Origin: Camelus dromedarius | Lineage: Eukaryota | DNA: 64,000 nt | Direction of reading: 5' to 3' | Assembly: GCF_036321535.1 (NCBI RefSeq) | Contig: NC_087447.1 | Location: 38,194,001-38,258,000 of the forward strand | In this document: one piece after another, positions 42,708 to 54,031 of the stretch | Numbering within the stretch: position 1 is the stretch's first letter | How the letters are laid out: every line of letters starts with the position of its first letter | The notes under the pieces: generated by a model | The model's database searches: none | Told to the model about the DNA's origin: nothing | What the model saw: the letters and a program-made list of their open reading frames with translations, nothing else | Translations under genes and position numbers: made by a program

Positions 42708-45700
42708 CACACATAACGAAGAATGTAACCAAGCAGAAAGGAAATCACTGTTGTCTTACTACTAGATACATGAGAATTAAGGATTTTTCCCAATACCCTT
42801 CAAGTATAAAACTTAAAATGTCTCTATTTTTGAAATAGGAAATATTCATCGAGGTTCTGATGCCATATAGTCACCTTATCATAATTATTAAGATAAAGAT
42901 GAGTAAGTGATTGTTATTAAAACCATCTAGTTCTACTTAATGGGCACAAATTTCTCCCAGTACCAGAAATCGTACGTAACAAGGGCTGAACAGGCAAGTA
43001 GTTAAACTTCTACAGTACTAAAACAACGACTTCTAACCTCTTTGAAGCTGTGACACCCTATCTTGTTTGTTAGATTTCACAACTATCTCTCCTGTTGTAC
43101 TGTCCCCCACACCTCCAAGAAAAGGTTAATAATCTATTAGTTGGAATTTTGAAAAACATTTAAATGAATTTAAATTAATCTTACTTCGCTTCAGGGTTAG
43201 TTTTCTAAAAATCATTTTCTCTGAAGCCTAAATCACCCTTCAGCTTGGGCTTGAATTAACCTCTCTTCCTGCTGTATTCTTTTAGCTCTTTGTATAAATC
43301 TATATTACAGTATCTTAACTATTTTTGTTGGCTCATTTTAAATATTACTCCCTAGCTAACATGCAGGGATTATGTCATGTTCACCTTTTTTTCCCAGAAT
43401 TTCTAGCACAGTGCTTAAAACAGAAGGAGATTCAATAAATGTTAGCTGAATGAATGAATTAATAAATGAACAATGGCCTTGGAGTCAGAAAAACACTCAG
43501 GACGTCAAAACTGTAAAATTGAGAATTATTATTCAAGTAGTTTAAAGACGGCTCCATGTAAGAGCCGCTGTTCTAGAACTTAAATCCAGTGAGAGAATGG
43601 ATGTGAAACACCTTAAAAACCTAGGTAAACATGGGCAAATATCACTGTTACTTATTATTTAGCAGCCTTTGGGGAATAGTTTCTGAATTTGTGAACCAAA
43701 GGTCTGTGAAGACAAGAATGAACTTGGCTCTTTGCAATAGAAGGATCATGAAAGGATTGGTAAATGGAAGCAAGTTGATAAGAAGTTTTCCCATAATACA
43801 GCCAGAGTCCAGTTTTGAAAACCTGGGTCTTGCTGAAGTGTTTCCCAATTATTCATTTCTGTGCCCTGGTTTATAAACAAAAGTTTCTTCAGATGCTTAG
43901 GTTTTGGATAATTTCATATAGCATTCCCAGAAATATGTGTTCCCAGGTACAAAATACACAAGCTTGATTGGTCAAGAAAACATGTGTTACATTTGGATAA
44001 CTCTATTGAGAGGCTAAAATAACTGACGCATTTTGAAGTGACCATTGGTAGTAAGCTTCAGCGGTTCTGGAAGATGGAATAAAAATATCAAAGCAATTTG
44101 ACAAGCTAGTGTGATTCAAATAGATGTTAGTGGTAGCCAAAGTTCACAATTATGTCAATGAAGCTGGATTCCATTAAGTCAATCAGTAACTAAGGAAATA
44201 GTTAATTGAGATACAATCACAAACTAGAAAAACAGGATAAAGAAGTAAGGGGAATAATCACATTTCTCGATAGTCACATGCTATCAGACAGCAGAATCTG
44301 ATGTCTGGAAGATAAAGCAGGCTGATTTCAAAAATTGAAAAGAAGCCTATGATCTAAAGTATGAGTAATTCCATAAAAGCAGTCAAATGGGTATCTTTCT
44401 GAAAAGCAGATGACGTCTTCACAGAAGGGAGCTGCCTAAAAACCAGCAGAACAGAGCTACTATGCTATAAACATAATCTGCCCAAGGTCACACAGCTAGT
44501 AAGTTGCAAAGCAGGTTCAGAACTAGGTTGAATGACACCAAAGCCCAAGTCCTCTTTTTGCTAGACAAGGGATAACCAAGATTTGTGCCAAGCTGCTAGG
44601 CTGTGTTGTTCCTTACCACCTTTTCTGATTCCAGTTGCAGAAAAGCCATGGGTAGCAGCAGCAGTAAGTAGGAAGCTTTCAGCTTGTCCCGCTCACCTGT
44701 TAAGACTTTATATTAAAAATAAAAGCCAGGAATTAAAAAGGTTGAAGATGAACTCAAGCCAAGGAGCTGAAGTTCTGAAGCAGCTAATCTATTTCCGAGC
44801 TAACAGCTAATCCTAGTATGCTGTTAAATTCTTACTTCTGTATGTTCTGGGAACTAGAAAAAAATATCTATTTGTTCACTCTTTCATTTAACAAGCAATT
44901 ATCAAGTATGTACCATGTGCCAGTCACTGGAGATCTAGAGATTAATAGAAAAGGATTTCTGCCGCTAAGAAGCACATAGGTGAGGCAGGAAGAAGGAGGT
45001 AGAGGCAGACAAGCAAATAATTTCAGCACAATGCGGCACTGATATTGAGAACTAAAAATGTAATAAATATAGGGGCATTACATTGAGGGAAAAATACCTC
45101 TTTCCAAGTCATGACGTTTCCTTCCAGGTGGAGGGGACTCCACTATTACAATACCCCTAAATTTCTCCACCTCCAATTCTCACCTCCAACAGTTACAAAA
45201 GGTTAAGAAACCTTACACGGTTTTTAGAATCATTGCCCTTTTGTTTACAGTTCTTGGTCCCCTTAGTAGATGAAATCTTAAAGCCTCTATCAGCGGATTC
45301 CAAATGCCATGTCAAGCATCTCAGACTTTAGCCCAAGTGACATTGAGATTGGCAAAGCTAATTAGTTGCGTCACATTTTTCAGTCCCTGCTTTCAGATTT
45401 TTCTATTAAGTATAGACTCCCTTTTCAGCCAGGCTGATCCCTCTGACCAAGGCAGAAAGGCAATTGCTTACCTGATTCTCAAAGATTACTACCAGGTCCT
45501 TTAGGTTTTCTGCACATTCCAGAGATCTCTCCTTGTTCTGGCATCTGCATGTCCTACCCTGGACTTTGCAAAGCCCTTCTAGGAGAGGAAGGCTCATCTT
45601 CACCTAGTCACAAAGATTTTTTCTCTGGATGCAGACCTGCCCTAAGGAGTTTAATGGAGGAAATGAACAGGTAGGCAAAAATAATTGGAATACAATGTTA

Positions 45701-45737
45701 AATACAGTTAAGGAGATATCTAAATGGTACTAAAAGA

Positions 45738-46207
45738 GTATACCACTCAGGACAGGAAACAGATGGCATACTTTAAAAGGATGATTAAAGAGAGTTTAAT
45801 AATTTATTTAGAAATGTGTAAGCAGAGTAAGGGATAATTAAGCATGAACATTGAGAAACTGCTTCCACCCCTAGGTCTAAAGATGCAAAGGAAATGAGCT
45901 GTTACCAAAATCCAGAAAGAAAATGCTAGGTGTAAGGGAGGTTACCTAACAGGAATTCTTTTGGTAGATTAACACAGCCCTTACTAATCCAAGGCCTGGG
46001 AGGGAGGGATTTAGGGAAATATTACTACAATCTTACTCTCTTCTGGTTTCTGAGCGTCTTCCAGAGCCTCCCATTGTTCAAATCCACCAGAAAGTCAGAG
46101 AAAACCTGGTTAATGTTGTCCAAAGAGTCCAGCCTCCCGGGGCATAAGAATGATGGAGGATGGTGGAAAGGGGGTCTAAAAAGGCAAACAAAGAATAGCC
46201 CAGCAGA
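45738..46207 (-). mobile_element. ERVL-class LTR (LTR33-like)
   Basis: caggaaacagatggcatact...gagagtttaat...cccctagg...gcctcccattg...ccagaaagtcagag...cagcctcccggggca. Confidence 0.6.
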
Positions 46208-46254
46208 GAGTAGAGGTATTAACTCTTCTGGAGGACTTCAAAGATGGCCTTTTA

Positions 46255-47000
46255 GAGGAGGTAATATTTGAGCTATATCCTGAAAGATAATTAAGGGTTT
46301 AGCCAGTGCAGATTCTACACAAAGAAATAGTGTAGTCAATAGCTCACAGATATAAAAAGAGCACACATGATATATGTAGGCAAGCAGTCCCGTGTGGCAG
46401 AAGTACAGAATACTTGTGGAGAGATGGGCCTGAAAAGAACATTTAGGATCAGATCATAAAGATTCTTAAAGGCCATGCTAAGATGATTGGACTCCATCCT
46501 GTAGCTTGTCAGGATCTCTTCAAAGAATTTCAGAGAGAGAGAGAGAGTGACATGAGCATATTTAAGTTAGAAAAAAATAACTTTAATGTCAATATAGAGG
46601 ACAGACTAGAGTACTGAGAAACCAGAAGCAGAAAGATCATTTTGGAGGTCTTTGCAATAGTCCAGGCAAGACAAGGCACTAAAGCAGCGGCAGTGATGAT
46701 GAAGCAAAGAATCTATTCTGAAGGTAAAATTAACAGAATTTGATGACTTAATAACTATGGGAATGCCAGCAAAAACCGATTCTAAATGAGCATCCAATTG
46801 CTAGCTTGAGAAACTAGGTAGATGGTAGTACTATTAATTACAAGAGAATTAAAGAAGACTAGGTTTGTGGGAGACTACGTAGAGTTCAGCTTTATATATA
46901 CTGAGTTTGTTGTACCTGTGGAGCACAATGGGGAAATGTCTAGTTGGCAATGGATAAAAGATGGCCAGGACTCTGGAGAGAGACTTGGGAGCCAGATATA
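46255..47000 (-). mobile_element. L2 fragment
   Basis: atttgagct...ggccatgctaag...agtgacatga...tgcaatagtccaggcaaga...attctgaaggtaaaa...gagttcagcttt. Confidence 0.7.
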
Positions 47001-49870
47001 CAGTTTCAGGAACACCAATTTATTTTTTGTAGCCTATGTAAAGTCCAGCCGCCAGATTTCTCTCAACCTCTGTAACTAATAAGGGAAAAAATGTGACTCA
47101 TCATGTAATAAAATAAACCACAATGAGAATCAAATAATCTACTGCTGATGCTCCTTGCCATGGGAAGGGTTTTTCATTTGTTCGTTAGCAATAGAAACTC
47201 ATAACTTGGAATTGCATGGTAGTTTAGGAGTGTTCTTCATAAAACAAACAAATAGACAACCTTCAAAAGACACCTTTTGAAAATTGAGTGCTATTTGCTC
47301 CTTAAATTTAAGCTCATTTATTCTATAAACAACCTCCAAGTTTCTCACAGCAGCTTCATTTTATTAGGTAAACTCATGTCTCGTGACATACAATTGTTCT
47401 TCAACAGAGGCATTTGGTAATACAGTGCCCGGAAAAGTGCTTTCCATCATAGCAGGTACATAATAAACATTTACTGGATAAATGGGTGATAGACTGATGA
47501 GTAAATGAAAGCAATAGATTATATGAATGTTGATTTTTGTTAGGAATTGTGTGTATGTGTAAAAATCATCATCAAAGGAGAATTAGAAACTCTGGTTTTT
47601 CTTCATTAGTGGAAAAAAGCCAAAATTAGACAACTCCCAGTTTTGCCTCAATCACCTTACTTAAGAACTGAAATACTTCTCTCCCAGTTCCTTACTATGT
47701 TAAATGATCATAGGTATAGGATTTCATAGATTTACTCCTTTTGTATAACTCCCAGCATAATTATCTTGAAATTTCAGAAATACTGTTCTAATTATCTGAA
47801 AACAATTAAGTCTACCATTAATAGCACACAATGAGTCAATTGATTTTTGACTCCTAACTTTATACATGACCAATATGTGACTTCATAAACTGATTTAAAA
47901 TTGTTAAATTATTGACTTGGCTCTATTTTGTTAAAATCCCCTTCAAAATTTTATTCAAAATCACTTTAGAAAAAACTTTCTGCTTTGGTGGTTGTCCTTC
48001 TTGTGAAATTTGGAATGAGTCATGAATACACTACATGACCACATCCCTTTCCTACCTCCATCTGAATGTAGTTGTCTTCAGTGGGCACTGTCAACCCTGC
48101 ACGTTTTATCACTCATCCACCCAGCCCTCCCAGTCCACGTAACAAATGGGAAGATTTCTTTCCAACTGCTGCCTCTCTAGAGAACGAAGTGCAGATACAC
48201 ACAGGCCAAAGAGAACTCGACCTCAAGTTAAATAGTGATACAGCCCAGGCACCCACAGATCATCTGATTTCCAGGTAAACAGAGCCTTGGTCTAAATGAC
48301 CAAGTTAAAAGTAACAGGAGGATACAGAAAACTTAACCTTTCACTGAATACTAAAAATGCATATGTTTAATTATGTCTTTCTCCTATAGGGTACAATCCA
48401 CATCCCAGTCATCAGTGTAATTTTCTCAGCAGCTAGCACAGTATCAGTTGCCAGTAGAATAAATTGTTAAGTTGTCCCATACATAATTTTTCCTTCTTTC
48501 TAATTTTTTGCATTATCCATTTTTTCTTTAATGAATGTAAATTGCTTATATAATAAACATAATGAAAATTTTCAATATTTTGTTTGTTTTTAATGTGTGT
48601 ATTTTTATATAAATTCATGATATTACATATAGTATATATATATATGATCATACTTGTAATAAAGTAAGGAAATAGTTTAAAACTGACTTGTGAATCAGTA
48701 CATAACACATTTTCAACATTTTATGATAATTTGCTAGTTACAATATAGAATATTTAAATACTCAGTATGTAATAGTGTTATTCTAAGAGATGGTTAGCAA
48801 AAACTGAAATGAATGTTTTGGTTGTTTTCTTAGGACACAACTGGGTGAAAAGCAGAACTGCACAGAAATTTCATAATAAAACTCCAAACCACATTAGACT
48901 TGTCCATTGTCAGGTTTTGTTACACTCCCCCTAACTCAACCCAGACTCTCTGACATGGGCAAACAGAGCAAAGTTTGCGTCAAAACCACGCCCTTCCTTT
49001 GAGCTTTTGGGATGCACTTAGAATTCTGGGAGAAACCAAAAGAAACAGCAGTTTTTTCTTCCAGATGTGGCAAGTCTGTCACTTTCAGTATTTAGTAAAA
49101 TTTCAAACTCAGCTCAACAACTAAAGACAGTTGTCTAGAAGGGGAAGGACAGATGGGCAGGAGAATCCTAAAGTTCTATTCCACTCAGAATAAAGTGTTG
49201 ATGTTGTAAGATTCCTTAGAAGAGGGAGCAAGTTAGGAAGAAGGCAAGGAGGGAGGAAGGAAACAACAAGGAGAATGTGTCATGACCAAAGATTAGTATT
49301 AATTCAGTTCTGTGGTCCTGAGATCCAAGAAAAAAATTCACACTTGATCTAATAGTGTTCATTTGTGTCAAGGCTGTTTCCATGCCTGAAGCAGGCTGTA
49401 TTTATAGATTAGCATTAAAAGGACAATTTAAGGCATAGGGTTTTACTCTTAAAACAAAAAGGCTCTAAAAAATCCAATATTATAGGATTTGCTTGGTTGC
49501 CCGACTATCATTTATACTCTTCCCCTTTAGCTATTCCTATAAATAAAAACTGGAAAATAATTTCTATTTCAATATTTCAGAACTCTTTTTATTTATAATA
49601 GTCAACATTTATGGAGTGCTACTCTCTTTTCAGGTAGTGCATGAAATGTTTTACACACTTTTACAAGGGAACACTTACTCCTCACTCCTGATACTGCCTT
49701 GCATGTGGAAGAACATTCATTAGAGTAATCTTCCTTGCCTGAATGCACTGACTACCTCCTATGAGGGGAGAAGCAACGTTGATGAATTTGGAATGAGGAT
49801 CAGGGCACATGATAAAGATCAAATATAACTGATGTTCCTTTCCCCTTCCCCATTCTTTCTTGTGTTCCAG

Positions 49871-50041
49871 CCAGCAAAAAGCATATGTTCTGGTCTGCTC
49901 TTGGTGAGGTCAGTAGCAGAGTGGTACAGGTCCTGCCCCTGAAAGCCTGGGAAAAGACACTGACAAGTCAAGGCCAGGCCCTGGGTTTCATATTGATCTA
50001 CTAGGAGACCCTCTCCTGGGAATATTATGCAGCTCAGAAAG
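49871..50041 (+). other. PSMA1: Candidate orthologue of the upstream coding exon of the long PSMA1 isoform (functional or vestigial)
   Basis: Branch-like CTGAT, long pyrimidine tract and ccAG acceptor ending 49870. ATG at 50027 reads MQLRKVT versus human long-isoform MQLSKVK. Possible donor AAG|GTGACC at 50042. Strand and side fit PSMA1-PDE3B synteny. Confidence 0.55.
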
Positions 50042-50924
50042 GTGACCCCACAAAGCAAAACTCAGAGGAGTATGTAAGAAAAATGCATGTTTGGGCCAGA
50101 AAACAAAGAGAAAGACAAAATTAAAAGTGTGTAGGAAAGCAGAAGAAAGATGCTCAAATCCAGCAAACAACACTAACCTTACCATAAGCAAAGAAAAAAA
50201 AGGGAGCAATCTAAAATCAGGTTGAATTATTATAAATTGAGATGAATCTTTCTGAAAAATAGCAGTAGAACAGGACAGAAATAACACTATAGGCCTAATC
50301 TCTCGCTGCAGAAAAAGATATAGTTGAAAGAATACTACTCAAGGTTTGTGACATTCAAAGTGAAAGATAGGGTCTTGAGCAGTACTTAAGACAGGTAGTA
50401 GAAACTTACCAGGCCCATAAAGGTACAGATTCCAAAAGCAGCTTTAGTTCAGGTCTCTACTGAGGGCAATTATCCTGTTGAAACAATTCTAGGAAGCAGG
50501 AGGAAGTCATCCAGAGGAGGCAGGTGTCTTAGCCAGCAAGAGGTAAAGGCAACAAGCCCTGTGAATCAGGATTGAGGTGCTGTTCATAAGATATCATAGA
50601 TGCTATGTTACTGGACAAAGCTCCAGTCTTTTCAGCATGGGATGCTAGAGTCAGGGGATTCAATGGGAAAAGGGAAAGTAAGAGGTTTTAATATGTTAGA
50701 CAGGAAGGAATAGTACTTCAAGTAAAGCCTATTGAATGGGGCTGCCATCATGTGAAAATTTAAAGATGCTTTTAGAAGCCAGGAGTATCACAAATGCTGC
50801 TCCTTGAGAAAGGAGATAGTATACAGAGCTGGCTCTCCCTCCCACATCGGAAGTGAGAGATTTATTTCTTGATGGGTGATTTCTCTTACATTTTCTCAAT
50901 TCCAAAAACTTGGAAGTGACTGCC

Positions 50925-51665
50925 ATCAAAGTATATACCCAGCTACTTACCATCCCTCCTACTGCTATCACCTTGGTCCAAGCCACAATCATCTCTTCTG
51001 TAGATTACTGTAATAGCTTCCTAAATGATATTCTGCTTCAGTGTTTGGCCCCTTGGAGTCTCTTCTTAGCAGAGCATCCAGGTGATCTTGGATACTCTGT
51101 TCTCAACTCTCCACTGGCTTTCTAGTTCACCAGAGTGAACGCTAACAAGGCTCCACATGGTCCATCCCTCTGTGTCCCTCTGATCTCATCCCTTATCACT
51201 TTCCACCTTGCTCCCTGTATTCCAGCCACACAACCCTCCTTGCTGTTTGTTAAACACTCCAGGAACACTCTCACCTCTCACCTTTGTATTTGTTATCTCC
51301 TCTGCCCTAAAATGATCTCTTGCTAGATAACCTCATGGCTTGCTCTTTAACATCCTTATTTATCTTCAATAAATTTGAAAAATTTATCCAAAATTGCTTT
51401 CCCTGACTACCCTAGCTAAAACTCAGATCCCCTCCCAATATGTTATAACCTCCATAACCTCCTCTTTTATTTATTTTTAACTCCTTATAGTGTCACTAAC
51501 ACGTTACATATTTAGTTAGTTATCCCATTTAAAAAATGTCTTTCCCAATAGAATGCAATTTCGCTCCACGAGGACAAGGACTTTCGTCTATTTCATTCGT
51601 TGCTAGAATACCTCCTGGAACATAGTAGACATTCAATAATTGCTTGCGATATGAATGAATGAATC
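50925..51665 (+). mobile_element. L2 3' fragment
   Basis: ccttggtccaagccacaatcatctc...gattactgtaatagcttcctaa...ctccacgaggacaaggact...ggaacatagtagacattcaata...tgaatgaatgaat. Confidence 0.85.
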
Positions 51666-52011
51666 TTGATGAGATGAAAACCCAGATTATCTCCATCTAC
51701 TCACCTTAATTTGGGTACCTTTTATACGGTCTTTGGCCTTACTGAGTGATGTGATCTGGGAGCATAATTTTCCTGTGGTAACTGTATTATGATCCAGGGA
51801 TTAGCTTGCTTTTTAAATTGTATAGTTATATACAATTGTATATTCTAGGAGTTCTTCGGACTTTTTATAAAGTGGGGATCATGAAGATAAATTCTAATCC
51901 TGGGTTTTTTTAAGGAATCACAACCATTCCAGGTGCTATGGTGTTGAGGAAACCCAATCCCATATCTTCTTTCTCTTGACTAAGGCTGAGAGGATAAGAA
52001 AATGGGGAAAA

Positions 52012-52113
52012 CAGTGGGGTAGGTATAGCTCAGTGGTAGAATGCATGCATAGCATGCACGAGGTCCTACGTTCAATCTCTTGTACCTCCATTAAAAAGAG
52101 GAAAAAAAAGAAA
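52012..52113 (+). mobile_element. tRNA-derived SINE (Vic-1-like, short form)
   Basis: ggtatagctcagtggtaga...gaggtcctacgttcaatc; 16-bp TSD aagaaaatggggaaaa at 51996-52011 and 52114-52129. Confidence 0.92.
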
Positions 52114-52420
52114 AAGAAAATGGGGAAAATAAATTTTGGGTTTTAATTTTTTAAAACTTTAGCTCAAAAAGTCAAGAGAATTTGATCTAGGGTTTTAATC
52201 ATTTTGGACTTTAATTTATTTGGACTTTAATTTAATTTATTAATTTAATTTAATTTATTTGGACTTAACTTGCAAGGAGATCTAACTTAAGTTTTTACTG
52301 TAATTTCTCCATGGAATTTGATTATGGGATGTGAAGTATCTCATTGGTAGGATATTATTATTCGAGTATCTTTATGTTGTCACTTGATATCATTGTAGAA
52401 CCACTGATGAGCCATATACA

Positions 52421-52841
52421 TGTTGCAGTCATGAAAGTGCACTGCTCAGATCTCCAGCTGCAGGGACCTTAATGGACTAACAGCCTCTGGACTCACCATT
52501 TTGCTCATACTGAGGTCACCCTTCCCACTAGCTCCTAGCCAATGATTGAGGATGGTTAGGGTATTAAAGCAGGCCCATTCCAGTGAGACATAGAACTCCT
52601 CCAATAAGCGACTTTGGCTCAAGGAGTCCCCATCACTTAGGTTTAACCTTTTTAGGAGCAGCCATGCAGTCTAAGATTCTCCCTACTGTGTCCTCCTCTC
52701 TTCCTTCTTCTTGCACAGGTATCAGACATGCACCCTGGTTTCAAGTCCCTCCTTGCCTTCTCCTATTCCTTCTTCTGATAAATCTCTTACATATTGGGTC
52801 CCTTCTTGGCATCTGCTTCTCAATGGACCTGAACTAACACA
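52421..52841 (+). mobile_element. ERVL solo LTR (LTR16-like)
   Basis: TG...CA ends; tgttgcagtcatgaaagtgcactgctcagatctcc...ataaatctctt...cttggcatctgcttctc...gaactaacaca; flanks ATACA / ATATG. Confidence 0.8.
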
Positions 52842-53940
52842 ATATGTAATTGGATGACTTGGCTAGACATAATTTGGGCTGGGAAATAAAGTAGGGAATT
52901 GATTTTCAGCCTCAGGTACCATGTTGCCTCCAAGTTGATTTATTTAATGTAGTCATCTGGCCTATTTCAGAGCATTCTGGGGCAGAAGCAACACTATGGA
53001 CCTGTAGGATATCAGGAGACACACAAAGGGGCATGATTCACTCCTCTGGGGAACACCCTTATGAAAGTGAGAATAGGACTGGCCTGAAAGTCTGTTGATC
53101 TTTTCCCCATAAGGAGATAGCCAGAGCCTGGTTGAGTATAGGCTAAATTGTCAACCCTAAGGATTAAGAGAACAAAAGTCTGGGAAATGTTAAGGGGTAC
53201 AACTTTCTTCCCTCCATTCTGATGTTATTCCTATGGAAGGAGCTTCACTAATGTAATGCCCCTTATCTACTCTCTGCCAACCCCTTTTCTCCTCTCCAGG
53301 AAAAGAGGAATGACTTTTCTTCTTGATGAGTTAGGGAGAAGAATTTTTAAATGCTTATTTCAGCCCCTTCCTACTTTATTTTAACTTGGGATCCAGACAG
53401 CAGGCATTCTATCCTGCTTCTCCACGCCATGTTTCCAGGGGCAGGCTCCTGCATGGGGAGACCAGTAGGTTCAACACTACCTGATCTATGACAGGGGTTC
53501 CATGTTAGGAAGCCTATAGTTGCCACATATCTTAGTCACATCTTTAATTCTACCCTTTAGAAGTTTAGCAGGTGATATTTTGATCACCATCTACCTTCTC
53601 CTTTTCTGTTTCACAACTGGTTCTGAACTCTAGTGGAGAAATGGTACTATTTTCCTCTTTTTATCTAGGAGGAAATTGAGATATAGTGAGCCCAGCAACC
53701 TTTTGAAGATCATACAGTTAACAAGCAGTAGAATAAGAATTCAAGCTTCTATGCTGTTTAATTTTGTCATTTCTTTTTATAGTTCTATTTTTATGATGAA
53801 AGTTTTTGATACATACAAATTAGAAACATTCAACTAGTGAAAACATTAGTAGTATTGATAAGATTTGGTCCTGTAGTCTTGCATTTATTTATCTTGGATT
53901 TTTTTTCTAAGTTCTCTGAGATGAATCTCTATGTTTTTAT

Positions 53941-54031
53941 TCTTTTCTTTTTTTTTCATGGAAGTACTGTGGATTGAACCCAGAACTTCATGCATGCTAA
54001 GCATGTGCTTTACCATTGGGCTATACCCCCA
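53941..54031 (-). mobile_element. tRNA-derived SINE (Vic-1-like, short form)
   Basis: Reverse complement reads gggggtatagcccaatggtaaagcacatgcttagcatgcatgaagttctgggttcaatcc, followed by an A-tail. Confidence 0.88.

Noticed and set aside
52198..52268. Three copies of tttggactt(taatttatt) resembling a repeat-spacer array
   Set aside because: AT-rich slippage repeat with no unique spacers; eukaryotic DNA, not CRISPR.
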